From NCBI GenBank assembly GCA_963767925.1, contig CAVYGB010000008.1:2720001-2784000 (forward strand): DNA of 64,000 bases, given 5' to 3'. Below are positions 10,173-19,714 of this stretch, one piece after another; the stretch's first letter is position 1, and every line of letters starts with the position of its first letter. Below the pieces are notes generated by a model. It made no database searches. It saw nothing but the letters and a program-made list of their open reading frames with translations, and was not told the DNA's origin. Source of the stretch: an uncultured delta proteobacterium. Its GTDB lineage: Bacteria; Myxococcota_A; Polyangia; Fen-1088. The position numbers and the translations under genes are program-made.

Positions 10173-11089
10173 AGGGTGATCTCCAGGCCGTCCTCCGCCA
10201 CCTCCACCCCGGCCGCCGCCAGGACCGCTCGCTCGGGCGCGTCGTCGCGCAGGAGCGGGTTGGTGTTGTTGAGATGAATGAGGACCTTGCGCCGGACGGA
10301 CAGGCCCCGCAGGACCTCCAGGCTGCCGTCGGGTCCACCGACCGGCAGGTGGGCCATCTGGCGGCCGCGGCGATCGCCGAGGCCCTCCTTGATCAGCTCG
10401 TCGTCCGACCAGAAGGTCCCGTCGACGAACAGGCAGTCCGAGGCGGCCAGCGCCTCGCGCACGGCGGGCGTGATGGCGGCCAGCGCCGAGTAATAGGCCA
10501 GCCGCCCGCCCGTTCGGGCGTCGCGGATGTGCAGCCCGACGTTGTCCCCGGCCGCGGGCGCCCCGCTGCCCTCCAGGTGGAGTGGGCGCTTGCCTGGCGC
10601 CGGCAGGGCGGTCACGAAGAGCCCGCTCGGCTGCCCTTCCCCGAGCAGCAGGGGTTGCTCCACGCCGAGCTCGAACGGCCGCCAGGTCAGGTGCCCGGGG
10701 AACCGCTCCAGCGTCCGGTAGACGGCGTTGCCCTCGGTGAAGCCACGCTGGACCTCGGCGGTGGCGTGCACCACCAGCGGCTGCGACTCACGCAGGCAGA
10801 GCAGGCCCAGGCAATGATCGAGGTCCCCGTTGGTCAGGAGGAAACCGGCGATGGGCGTGTGCCGCGGGCGCTTCGGCCACAGCGGCGGGAAGCTCTCGAT
10901 CTGCCGGCGGACCTCGGGACTGGCCTGCAGGAGGAACCAGTGCTCACCGTCCGCGCTCAGCGCGACCGACTCCTCGAGCCGGGGTCGCGTCGCGCTGTGC
11001 TGGGCCCGGGCGGCGCGACAGTTGCCGCAGCCGCAGTTCCACTGCGGAAACCCTCCGCCCGCCGCGGACCCCAGGACCCTCAGGATCAC
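10169..11089 (-). CDS. pqqB: PQQ biosynthesis protein PqqB
   Basis: VLGSAAGGGFPQWNCGC, DGTFWSDDE, IHLNNTNP. Confidence 0.96.
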   Translation of the reverse strand: MILRVLGSAAGGGFPQWNCGCGNCRAARAQHSATRPRLEESVALSADGEHWFLLQASPEVRRQIESFPPLWPKRPRHTPIAGFLLTNGDLDHCLGLLCLRESQPLVVHATAEVQRGFTEGNAVYRTLERFPGHLTWRPFELGVEQPLLLGEGQPSGLFVTALPAPGKRPLHLEGSGAPAAGDNVGLHIRDARTGGRLAYYSALAAITPAVREALAASDCLFVDGTFWSDDELIKEGLGDRRGRQMAHLPVGGPDGSLEVLRGLSVRRKVLIHLNNTNPLLRDDAPERAVLAAAGVEVAEDGLEITL

Positions 11090-11238
11090 TCGGTCGGGCT
11101 CGAATCCCCCGCGGGCGTCTCCTCTCGCACGGTCGAGCGAGGTGGCGCTCCACCTCCGCGGTCGTCCGAGTCACCCTGGTAACCGCCGATCTCGGCGTTC
11201 ATGTCGATCTCCTCGAAGGTCGGGGTCTCCCAGCGCAT
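11086..11238 (-). CDS. pqqA: PQQ precursor peptide PqqA (50 aa, C-terminally extended)
   Basis: Manual translation MRWETPTFEEIDMNAEIGGYQGDSDDRGGGAPPRSTVREETPAGDSSPTE*; E-x3-Y core; AGGAGG RBS; stop overlaps the pqqB GTG. Confidence 0.9.
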   Translation of the reverse strand: MRWETPTFEEIDMNAEIGGYQGDSDDRGGGAPPRSTVREETPAGDSSPTE

Positions 11239-11274
11239 CAGCGGCCTCCTCTGTGAGTGTCTCGAAGCTAAGAT

Positions 11275-11303
11275 CGTCTAATCCCGGCGACAACCACCGT
11301 CAA
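11275..11303 (-). promoter_or_regulatory. Possible sigma70 promoter of the pqq operon
   Basis: TTGACG-N17-TAGACG upstream of pqqA; the -10 box is imperfect. Confidence 0.3.
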
Positions 11304-11356
11304 GGCAAGCCTGCCGACACGGTGCGCTTTTTACCCCTCCTCCCGAGGGTCATCCC

Positions 11357-12343
11357 TCAGGGACCGATCTCGGCCTGATATTCCGCCCAGGCGGCGTCGA
11401 TGGGCTTGCCCGTGACCTCTTGCACCAGCGCCGGATAGCTGAAGCCCCGGTTCTTCATTCCCATGTTGACCTTGTAGCCGAAGTCCTTGTCGTATTTCTC
11501 CTCGAGCCAGACGATGAAGAAGCCGCCGGTCGTGTAAGGGTCCGACCAGTTGCCGCCGCGGCGCCGGCGGGACAGGCGATCGAACCCGACCTTGTAGCGG
11601 GTGTAGTCGGCCATGGCCTCGACCAGCGCGCCGCCGCCACCCTGGTTGCTCTGCCACAGGTGGGTCACCTCGTGGACCAGGACCCCGTTGATCTCGAAGG
11701 CCTGGGCGGCCGCGTTGCCCCCGATGCGGCCGATATATCCGGAGCCGAAGTGGATCTCACCCCCGCCGGCGTAGGCCACGCCGTCGTAGGCGCTGTCGAT
11801 GATCACGCGGATTGTCGCGTTCCGGCGCACCTCCTCCGGCTTGCGGTAGATGAGGGCGCACACCGCCCGCGAGTGCTTCTGCATGGTCGCCACCGGATCG
11901 GGGACATGCTGATCGAAGCGCATGCCACCGGCGCTGGTGGGCGCCTGGTTGACGAGCTGGATCATCGGGGTGCAGACCTCGTCGAGGGCGGGGTTGGCGG
12001 CGGGCCCGCCGTCGACCGAACCACCGCCCGCGTCGGCGCGGACGCCGCTGTCGCGCGGGCGATCGGCCGGCCGCGCGTCCGGTGTGCGGCTGCCACCCGA
12101 GCCAGCGCTGCCGCCCGAGCCTCCGGCGCCCCCGGCACCAGCCTGGCCCCCACCCGCGCCGGCCCCTCCGGCCGCGCCGCCGGTTCCGGCCGCGCCGCCG
12201 GTTCCGGCCGCGCCGCCGCCACCCGCGCCGCCGGTCGCCGGCGGCATCTCCGGCAAGCTCTCGTCACAGGCGGCGAGCTGCAACAGCAACATCCCGCCAG
12301 CAGCCAGGGCCTTGATCGTTCGCAGCGTCGGGTCGACCTTCAT
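11357..12343 (-). CDS. Lipoprotein with BSP (basic secretory protein) zincin peptidase domain
   Basis: LAAC lipobox, Gly-rich linker, GVAYAGGGEIHF, LVHEVTHLWQ (HExxH), EAMADY. Confidence 0.82.
   Translation of the reverse strand: MKVDPTLRTIKALAAGGMLLLQLAACDESLPEMPPATGGAGGGGAAGTGGAAGTGGAAGGAGAGGGQAGAGGAGGSGGSAGSGGSRTPDARPADRPRDSGVRADAGGGSVDGGPAANPALDEVCTPMIQLVNQAPTSAGGMRFDQHVPDPVATMQKHSRAVCALIYRKPEEVRRNATIRVIIDSAYDGVAYAGGGEIHFGSGYIGRIGGNAAAQAFEINGVLVHEVTHLWQSNQGGGGALVEAMADYTRYKVGFDRLSRRRRGGNWSDPYTTGGFFIVWLEEKYDKDFGYKVNMGMKNRGFSYPALVQEVTGKPIDAAWAEYQAEIGP
12167..12218. repeat. 18-bp tandem repeat (~2.9 copies) encoding a GGAAGT linker
   Basis: TCCGGCCGCGCCGCCGGT x2 plus a 16-nt partial copy. 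Confidence 0.85.
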
Positions 12344-12380
12344 CGGGCTCTCCTTGGGTAGTGCTTTCTACTCGCGACGG

Positions 12381-12408
12381 TACACGGAGGACCCCGGTCC
12401 TTTGTTCC
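12381..12408 (-). promoter_or_regulatory. ECF-type promoter for the BSP peptidase gene
   Basis: GGAAC-N17-CGTGTA on the minus strand, 38 nt before ATG 12343. Confidence 0.7.
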
Positions 12409-12454
12409 AGATCGTCTGCCGACTCCGCCGCACCGGGCCGGCGGGCGCTCGGCC

Positions 12455-12481
12455 GGAACAAACTGGCCCCCGATCCGTGTA
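12455..12481 (+). promoter_or_regulatory. ECF-type autoregulatory promoter
   Basis: GGAAC-N16-CGTGTA, 11 nt before ATG 12493. Confidence 0.72.
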
Positions 12482-12492
12482 ATTCGCCAGGC

Positions 12493-13086
12493 ATGGACTG
12501 GCCCGTGGTCACACCGCAGAGGTCCGACGAGCGCGCCGACCTCGACGAGCTGACCCTGGCCCGCGCCCAGCGCGGCGACCGGGACGCGCGCTCCGCCCTC
12601 ATCTCCCGCTATCAGCGTCCGGTCTTCGCCCTGCTCTCCCGCATGCTCAGCCGGCAGCCGACCCTCGTCGAGGACATGGCCCAGGAGACCTTCCTGCGGG
12701 TGTTGCGGGCCCTGCCCACCTACGACGCCCGCGGTCCCGCCCGGCTCGGCACCTGGATCCTGACCATCGCCACCCGCCTGGCGCTCGATCATTTCCGCCG
12801 GCGGCCCGACCACCTCCAGGATCTGGAGGCGGCTGGCGCCATCCCGGCGGCTCTGCCCCGCCCCGATCAAGGCGTGGATCGCCGAGCCCTGGCCCTCGAG
12901 CTGCTGCGGGCGGTGGAGGAGCTGCGGGCGCCCTTCCGGGCGGCTTTCCTGCTGCGCGAGGTGCACGACCTGAGCTACGAGGAGATCGCGAACGTGCTCG
13001 AGATCGACATCGGCACCGTCAAGTCGCGGCTGTCGCGGGCGCGGCGCGCGCTGCAGGGCGCCCTGGCCGAGATGCACGAGGCGTGA
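12493..13086 (+). CDS. ECF RNA polymerase sigma factor
   Basis: EDMAQETFLRV, TWILTIATR, LSYEEIA..L.I.IGTVKSRLSRAR. Confidence 0.93.
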   Translation: MDWPVVTPQRSDERADLDELTLARAQRGDRDARSALISRYQRPVFALLSRMLSRQPTLVEDMAQETFLRVLRALPTYDARGPARLGTWILTIATRLALDHFRRRPDHLQDLEAAGAIPAALPRPDQGVDRRALALELLRAVEELRAPFRAAFLLREVHDLSYEEIANVLEIDIGTVKSRLSRARRALQGALAEMHEA

Positions 13087-13101
13087 GGGCAGGCGGGAGA
13101 C

Positions 13102-14421
13102 ATGGCGGGTGAGAACATCGTCGATGAGCTATGGCCGGTGCTCGATCCACCGGCCGACTTCGGCCTGCGGGTGCTCGACGCGCTCGAGAAGCTGCCCGCG
13201 CGGGAGCCGCTCGGCGGCGCGCCCCCCCAAGGCCACACCGCCCCGGCGCGCGCGCGCCGGCGGGTGACCGGCGGCCGGCTGGCCTGGCTGGCAGCGGGGG
13301 TCTGCGCCGGGGCGCTGGGCGCCGCCGGCCTGGTCCAGCTCTGGCCTGCCGCCGGGACGCCACCGGATCCGGCCACCTCGTCCGGTCATCTCATCGCCGA
13401 CATCCGCCAGACCTTGCCCATCGGGGACCGGGGGCTGGCGGTTGTCGAGCGGGGGGCCGAGCTGGGCTGGTTCGTGGTGGCCGGCAACCCCCGGGTCGAT
13501 CAGCCCCGGGGCAGCGTGTTTTACCGGATCGACAGGGGCGGGCCGTTCGCGGTGGCCACTCCGGTGGGCGACGTGCGGGTCACCGGCACCTGCTTCCGGG
13601 TGTCGGTCGAGCCCGACCTGGACGACCGCCCCAGCGTGGTGGTGCTGGTCGAGGTGCTCGAAGGCTCGGTGCTCCTGGCCGGCGAGCGCGGCCAGGTCAC
13701 GCTGAACGCCGGAGAAAGAGGGCGGATGTCCCGCTACGCCCCGCCCCGGCGGCTGGATCCGGCGGACGGCCCGGCCGCCCGCCGCCGCCCCGAAGTGGAG
13801 ACCCGCGTGCGCCAGCTCGAGCAGGCGCTGGCCGAGACCCGCAAGGCGGCGGCCGAGGACGACCCGCCTCGTGACAAGTACTACGACCTCACGCCCGACG
13901 ACCTGCGGGCCCTCGCCCGCCGCTGCGAGATGCGGTACTACCTGCCCCGGCACGTGACCTCCCTCGACGCGCCCACCCTGGACGACGCGCCGGGGTTGAC
14001 CGCCGAGCAGCGGAGCGCCGTCCTCCGGCTCATGGAGGAGCAGCGGTCGCACTACATCGCCACGCTCCAGGCCCTGTACGCCGAGGTGACGGGCGATCGG
14101 GCCATCGCCGGCCGGCTGGCCCCCAAGAGCCTGCAGGAGGACCTCTTCGCCAAGCTCGACCCCCAGGAGCTCAAGGAGGCCCGCCGCCGGATCCTCGAGG
14201 AATGGGCCCAGGGCGGGCCGCTGCCGGCGCGAGGGCCCCGGGGTCCGGCCGAGCGGTTCATGCGCCTCGTGTCGGGAGCGGGCGACGGGTTCTTCCAGAA
14301 GGTCGTCGACCTGGTCGGGCCGGAGCGGGCCCGCCAGATCCGCGACAGGACCACCAGCGACATCCTCTCGTTTTCGCCCGCCTTCGAATGTGGACGTCCG
14401 TCGCCACCCGCCGGCCGCTGA
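13102..14421 (+). CDS. FecR-domain membrane anti-sigma factor
   Basis: Directly after the ECF gene; single TM; FAVATPVGDVRVTGTCFRV and VEVLEGSV FecR-like strands. Confidence 0.75.
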   Translation: MAGENIVDELWPVLDPPADFGLRVLDALEKLPAREPLGGAPPQGHTAPARARRRVTGGRLAWLAAGVCAGALGAAGLVQLWPAAGTPPDPATSSGHLIADIRQTLPIGDRGLAVVERGAELGWFVVAGNPRVDQPRGSVFYRIDRGGPFAVATPVGDVRVTGTCFRVSVEPDLDDRPSVVVLVEVLEGSVLLAGERGQVTLNAGERGRMSRYAPPRRLDPADGPAARRRPEVETRVRQLEQALAETRKAAAEDDPPRDKYYDLTPDDLRALARRCEMRYYLPRHVTSLDAPTLDDAPGLTAEQRSAVLRLMEEQRSHYIATLQALYAEVTGDRAIAGRLAPKSLQEDLFAKLDPQELKEARRRILEEWAQGGPLPARGPRGPAERFMRLVSGAGDGFFQKVVDLVGPERARQIRDRTTSDILSFSPAFECGRPSPPAGR

Positions 14422-14449
14422 GCGAGAAAAATGCGACCATGGGTGCCAG

Positions 14450-15850
14450 ATGGCACCCCGCAGACATCGGCTCATCGAGATCGACTGGCCCCGGCTCGAC
14501 CCGGCGCCCCGCCCCCCGGTGGCGCCCGCCGCCGAATTCCGCCGCCGGATCGAGGCGGCCCGGGCGGGCATGGAGGCGCGCGGCCTGACCCACCTGGTTG
14601 TCTATGGCGACCGCGAGCACTTCGCCAACCTGGCCCACCTGACCAACTTCGACCCCCGTTACGAGGAAGCGCTGCTCGTGCTGACGCAGGCTCAGCCGCC
14701 CCTCGTGCTGGTGGGCAACGAGTGCGAGAACTACCTGCCGATCAGCCCCCTTTACCAGGAGGGGTCGCTGCGCAAGGAGCGCTACCAGCCGTTTTCGCTG
14801 CCCGACCAGCCACGCGAGCACAGCCGCCTGCTGCGCACCATCCTGCAAGACGAGGGGATCGGGGCGGGCGCGCGGGTCGGCTGCGTCGGCTGGAAGGTCT
14901 TCTCCGAGCGCGAGCATCCGGGGGCCCGCCACGCCATCGAGCTGCCCGCCTTCATCGTCGATACCCTGCGCGACCTCTGTGGCCACGAGGCGGTCGTCAA
15001 CAGCACCGACCTGTTCATCCGCGCCGACGGGGGCCTGCGGACCAGCGCCTCGGTCTGGGACATCGCCCTCTGTGAATACGCCAACGTGATCGCCTCGGAG
15101 GGCGTCCGCCGCATCCTGTTTCACATCGAGGAGGGGCGTCGCGACGACGAGCTGGCCACCCACGTCCAGTACGACGGCATCCCCCTGGGGGCCCACATGA
15201 CCGTGCGCACCGGGCAGACCATGATCTCGCTGTCCAGCCCCTCGGGCGCCGTGGTCCGCCGGGGCAACCGCTTCTCCTGCAGCCTCTGCTTCCGGGGGGC
15301 CAACGTCTGCCGCGCCGGCTGGGTCGCCGCCAGCGCCGCCGATCTGCCGCCGGCCGCCCAGGACTACGTGCCCGCCTTCGCCGGCCCCTACTTCGAGGCC
15401 ATGGCCGCCTGGTACCGGAAGCTGGAGATCGGCACCGCCGCCGGGATCCCGGCGGCGGTCATCGCCGAGCGCCTCCCGGCCAACTTCGGCGTCTTCCTCA
15501 ACCCCGGCCACCTCACCCACCTCGACGAGTGGCTCTGCTCCCCCTTTTACGCCGGCTCCACCCTCCCGCTCCGCTCGGGCATGATCATCCAGTCCGACGT
15601 CATCCCCTCGTCGCCGACCTATTACTCCTCGCGCATGGAGGAGGGCCTGGTCCTCGCCGACTCCAGCTTGCGGCAGGCGCTCGCCGTGACCTTCCCCGAC
15701 CTCCTCACCCGCTGCCAGGCCCGCCGCGACTTCATGACGGAGGTCCTGAACCTCGAGCTGCCCGACGACCTGCTGCCGCTCTCCAACATCCCCGCCCTGG
15801 TCCCCCCGTTCCTCCTGCAGCCCGGCCAGGTGCTGGCCCTCGAGCCTTGA
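14450..15850 (+). CDS. Creatinase/Xaa-Pro aminopeptidase-like (M24 fold) protein
   Basis: VVYGDREHFANLAHLTNFDPRYEEAL, LNPGHLTHLDEW, SRMEEG. Confidence 0.65.
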   Translation: MAPRRHRLIEIDWPRLDPAPRPPVAPAAEFRRRIEAARAGMEARGLTHLVVYGDREHFANLAHLTNFDPRYEEALLVLTQAQPPLVLVGNECENYLPISPLYQEGSLRKERYQPFSLPDQPREHSRLLRTILQDEGIGAGARVGCVGWKVFSEREHPGARHAIELPAFIVDTLRDLCGHEAVVNSTDLFIRADGGLRTSASVWDIALCEYANVIASEGVRRILFHIEEGRRDDELATHVQYDGIPLGAHMTVRTGQTMISLSSPSGAVVRRGNRFSCSLCFRGANVCRAGWVAASAADLPPAAQDYVPAFAGPYFEAMAAWYRKLEIGTAAGIPAAVIAERLPANFGVFLNPGHLTHLDEWLCSPFYAGSTLPLRSGMIIQSDVIPSSPTYYSSRMEEGLVLADSSLRQALAVTFPDLLTRCQARRDFMTEVLNLELPDDLLPLSNIPALVPPFLLQPGQVLALEP

Positions 15851-15865
15851 CCGGGACGCGCCCGC

Positions 15866-16635
15866 TCAGGCGCGGCGGACCTCGTCGATTGTCGCGTTCT
15901 TCACCGCGTAGGGAAACGGCGGGTCGCCGATGCGGGCCGCGCCAAACGCGCCCGACCGGGCCAGCGCCACCAGCGCGGCGGGGACCCGGTAGCCCTTGGC
16001 CTCGATCCGGGCCAGCGCGCGGACACAGGCCGCGGTCGGCGAAAGGCCCTGCCGCATCAGCTCCACCGCGTGAGCCGCCGGGGCAAACCGCATCATGACG
16101 TCGCCGTTGCCGGTCGCCGCCACACCGCCGACGTCGTTGTCGACGTAGGCCCCCGCCCCCGGGACGGCGACGTCCCCCACCCGCCCCTTGATCTTGAACC
16201 CCAGCCCGCTGGTCGAGATCCCCACGCAGAGATCTCCCGCCCGATCGATCGCCACCATGCCGATGGTGTCGTGGTTTCCCTCGCTCCAGCTCAGGGAGCG
16301 CTTCGGGTCGGCCTTCCAGGCCTCCCACCGGCTGCGCGCCTTCGCGGTCAACAGGGAAGCCGGCTCCTCCTGGAAGCCGACCTTGCGGGCAGCCCGCCGA
16401 AGCCGACGCTGAGGTTGTCCGGGTCCAGCTCCACCAGGTTCACCCCCCGCTCGACCGCGTCGAGCGCGCTGCCCCCGGCGGCCAGCGCCTTCCAGGCCTC
16501 CGCGTTGGCCGCCTGCCCGAACGCCCAGGTGCTGATCACCGCCGGCACCACCCGCTCGCTCCGGCCCCGGCAGGCCATCCCGGCGCCCAGGCTGGCCGCC
16601 GCCCCGAAAAATCGCCTCCGTGTCAGCGTGATCAT
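15866..16635 (-). pseudogene. Tat-exported N4-(beta-N-acetylglucosaminyl)-L-asparaginase, disrupted by an internal deletion and frameshift
   Basis: TRRRFF Tat signal, ALDAVERG...SVGFGGLP joined out of frame to ARKVGFQEE..LLT; HDTIG autocleavage site, STSG, GRVGD, ATGNGD. Confidence 0.8.
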
Positions 16636-16684
16636 GCTGGTCTCCTCTCGGGTCCTGCTCGCGGGTGGCGGCGCCCGGCCTCCT

Positions 16685-19033
16685 TCAGGGCAGGGTGAAG
16701 GCCACGACCTGCGACCCGGCCGCTACCGCCACGTATTGCCGGCCGTCGAGCTGGTAGGTCATGGGGGACGCCTTCCAGGCGGCGTTGAGATGAAAATGCC
16801 AGAGCGGACGCCCCGATCGAGCGTCTACCGCGGCGAACGCCCCGCTGTCGTCCCCGAAGAACACGAGGCCCCCCGCGGTCGACAGCACGCCGCCCCAGGT
16901 GTCGGCGGGTCCGATCTGGGGATACTCCCAGGCGATGCGGCCGGTCCGGATGTCGATCGCGCGCAGGACCTTCCGGGGCACCTCGTCGGCGACCCGGCGG
17001 GTGCCGCCGCCGTAGAACGACTTGCCCGGCTCGAACCAGGCCGAGGACTGGTAGTAGATCGTGCACTTCTCCAGGGCCATCACGTAATAGAGGCCGAGCC
17101 CGGGGTGAAACGCGGTCGACATCCAGTTGGTGGCCCCCTCGACGGCGGGGCAGCTCTTGGTGCCCTGGGGCGTGGGGTCGTTGTCGGGCAGGAGCTTGGG
17201 CCGCCCATCGGGGCCGATGCCGCTCGCCCAGGTGAGCTTCTCGACGAAGGGTCTGGCCAGCAGCAGCTCGCCCTTCAGGCGATCGAGCAGGTAGAAGAAG
17301 CCGTTGCGGTTGGCCTGGGCCAGCAGCTTGCGCGGGCGGCCTCCGAAGGTGGCGTCGATCAGCATCGGGGTCTGGGCGGCGTCCCAGTCGTGCAGATCGT
17401 GGGGAGTGTACTGGTAATACCAGCGGAGCTTGCCGGTAGCGGGGTCGAGGGCGACGACCGAGTTCGAGTAGAGGTTGTCGCCCTTGCGCTCCTCCCCGTT
17501 GTAGTCGGGGCAGGGATTGCCGGTGGTCCAGTAGAGGAGGTCGGCCTGGGGATCGTAGGTCCCGGTCAACCAGGGCGCCGCGCAGCCGTACTGGATCGCC
17601 CGCCCGACCCAGGTCTCGGACAGCGGCTCGCCCGGGGCGGGCATGGTCCAGAAGCGCCACACCCGCTCGCCGGTGGAGGCCCGGTGGGCCGAGACGAGCC
17701 CGCGCGCCCCCTCGTCTCCACCGGAGGTGCCGGTGATGACGAGGTCCTTGACCACCAGGGGGGCCGAGGTGGTGCCGTAGTGCTGCTTGTAGTCGGCCAC
17801 CTCCACGTCCCAGAGCAGCCGGCCGGTGGCCCGGTCGAGGGCGATGAGGTGGGCGTGGTCGGTCACCATGAACAGCCGGTCGCCGAGCAGGGCCATCCCG
17901 CGGTTGATGCCGCCGGCGGCGTCGCCGATCACCCCCTTGGTGAGCGGGCGGGAGTAATGCCAGATCTGCCGGCCGGTGCGGGGGTCGAGGGCGAGGGCCT
18001 GGTTCGCGGCGGTCACGTACATCACGCCGTCGGCGACCAGCGGGGTCACCTCCAGGCGCCGGCCGTTGGGGACGGGGAAGATCCAGCGGGGGGCCAGGCG
18101 CGCGACGTTGGCCTTGTTTATCGCCTGCAGGGGGCTGTGGCGGTTGCCGCCGAGCTGGCCGTGGTAGGTGGGCCACTCCCCGGGCCGTGGGCGCGCCACC
18201 TGGGCGAAGGCGTCTGCCGCCGTAGCAGCGGCGCCGCCCGGGGCGGCCGCCACCGCGGGCGCGCCGTCGAGGCGGCTCAGGTAAGCCAGCAGGTCGCGGG
18301 TCTCCTCGGGCGTCGCCGACAGCGCGGGCATCAGCGAGCCGGGCTCGCGCACCTGCCGGCGGATCTGCCCCCGCGGGGTCAACACGGGCCGGCCCTCCAG
18401 GCTCACCACCTGGACGTCGTAGTTGCTCTCGTTCTTGAGCAGCCCGCGCACCCGGCGCCCGTCGCGCAGCTCGAGGGTCACGACGCCGTAGCCCGGCTGC
18501 TTGCGGGCGCCCGGCTGGCGCAGGGCCTGCTCGATGCGGCGCAGGCCGCGCTCGCGGCCCACCCGCGACAGATCCGGGGCCAGCAACCCGCCCCGACCGC
18601 CGACCGCGTGGCAGCGGGCGCAGTCGCCCTTGCCGAAGAAGAAGCGCTCCCCGCTGCGGGCGTCGCCCGGCGGCGGGTGGGCGATGGCGGGCGCGATGAG
18701 GGCGGCGACGTAGCCGGCGAGGGCGTCGAGGTCGGCGTCGGGCAGCGGAAAGGCCGGCATGCCGGCGCCGGGGATGCCGTCGCGGATCAGGAGGCGCAGG
18801 TCGGGCCGCGCCCGCGAGCGCCCGCTGCGCGACTCGACGATGCCGGGCCCCTTCTCCCCGCCCTCGCCATCGCCGCCGTGGCAGGGGGCGCAGCCAGCTT
18901 CATAGAGCCGCCGGCCCGGGTCCGACGGCTGCGCCCCGGCCGGCGCGGTCCCGAGCGAGGCGATGAGCGAGGCGACGAGAATATCGGCGACTAAAACGAT
19001 ACAGCAGCGCACCACCGCGCGACCATCACCCAA
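16685..19033 (-). CDS. PQQ-dependent dehydrogenase-family beta-propeller fused to two N-terminal cytochrome c domains
   Basis: CAPCH and CARCH haem motifs; WPTYHG, GNPCP, TPHDLHDWDA, ANRNGFFY, ASPMTY...GRQYVAV; exact start uncertain. Confidence 0.88.
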   Translation of the reverse strand: MGDGRAVVRCCIVLVADILVASLIASLGTAPAGAQPSDPGRRLYEAGCAPCHGGDGEGGEKGPGIVESRSGRSRARPDLRLLIRDGIPGAGMPAFPLPDADLDALAGYVAALIAPAIAHPPPGDARSGERFFFGKGDCARCHAVGGRGGLLAPDLSRVGRERGLRRIEQALRQPGARKQPGYGVVTLELRDGRRVRGLLKNESNYDVQVVSLEGRPVLTPRGQIRRQVREPGSLMPALSATPEETRDLLAYLSRLDGAPAVAAAPGGAAATAADAFAQVARPRPGEWPTYHGQLGGNRHSPLQAINKANVARLAPRWIFPVPNGRRLEVTPLVADGVMYVTAANQALALDPRTGRQIWHYSRPLTKGVIGDAAGGINRGMALLGDRLFMVTDHAHLIALDRATGRLLWDVEVADYKQHYGTTSAPLVVKDLVITGTSGGDEGARGLVSAHRASTGERVWRFWTMPAPGEPLSETWVGRAIQYGCAAPWLTGTYDPQADLLYWTTGNPCPDYNGEERKGDNLYSNSVVALDPATGKLRWYYQYTPHDLHDWDAAQTPMLIDATFGGRPRKLLAQANRNGFFYLLDRLKGELLLARPFVEKLTWASGIGPDGRPKLLPDNDPTPQGTKSCPAVEGATNWMSTAFHPGLGLYYVMALEKCTIYYQSSAWFEPGKSFYGGGTRRVADEVPRKVLRAIDIRTGRIAWEYPQIGPADTWGGVLSTAGGLVFFGDDSGAFAAVDARSGRPLWHFHLNAAWKASPMTYQLDGRQYVAVAAGSQVVAFTLP

Positions 19034-19688
19034 CCCCCCCGGTAAAGTCCATGCCGACCTTGTCGGGCGCGGGCGAGCCGCTCCAGAACCCGGCGGGGAT
19101 CTGCCCGTGCAGGAAGGTGATGGTGTTGGGGGCGCCGGGACGCGAGTCGAGGCTGGCCGGGGTGGGTCCCTCCTTCACCCCTTCGCCCGGCGACCAGCCG
19201 GGGAGCTCACCGGGGCGCAAGCCGTGCAGGCCGCTCTGCCAAGCGCCGATCCGGAAGGTGTGCCCGGCGGCGCGGCACCCGAAGAAGCGCGTCCAGGCGC
19301 GGGCGAAGGTTTGCCCCCGGGCGGTGCCGAAGGTCTCGCAGGTCCGGAACCACCAGAGGGCCTCGCCCCCGGGCGCCAGCCGATCGCGCACGCGCGCCAG
19401 CCGGTCGTGGAGGGGGTGGCCGGGGGCCAGCGCCCGCGCGTCGAGGGTCTCGTCGCCGACGCGCGCCAGCCCCCAGCGCCCGTGCCCCCAGAACTGGATC
19501 TCGTCGATGGGAGCCTCCACCGCGGCCAGCCAATCCAGCGCCTCGCCCCAGCTCGCCACGCCGCGGCTCGCGTCGAGCCGGCCGAGCGCCCGGTAAAGAT
19601 GCCGTCCCGCGCCCCAGACCTGGCTGAGCCCGGGCAAAAACCAGGGACGGGGGCAGCTCCGGTCGTAGATCATCAGGCGCAACGCCAT
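19026..19688 (-). CDS. Conserved hypothetical protein
   Basis: Plausible codon usage; IQFWGHG, WWFRTCETF; TATAAT 6 nt before the ATG. Confidence 0.65.
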   Translation of the reverse strand: MALRLMIYDRSCPRPWFLPGLSQVWGAGRHLYRALGRLDASRGVASWGEALDWLAAVEAPIDEIQFWGHGRWGLARVGDETLDARALAPGHPLHDRLARVRDRLAPGGEALWWFRTCETFGTARGQTFARAWTRFFGCRAAGHTFRIGAWQSGLHGLRPGELPGWSPGEGVKEGPTPASLDSRPGAPNTITFLHGQIPAGFWSGSPAPDKVGMDFTGGVG

Positions 19689-19714
19689 CGCAGCATTATA
19701 GGTAAACTGCGCGC

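Noticed and set aside
12167..12218. 18-bp tandem repeat as a phase-variation locus
   Set aside because: In-frame repeat within an ordinary Gly-rich lipoprotein linker
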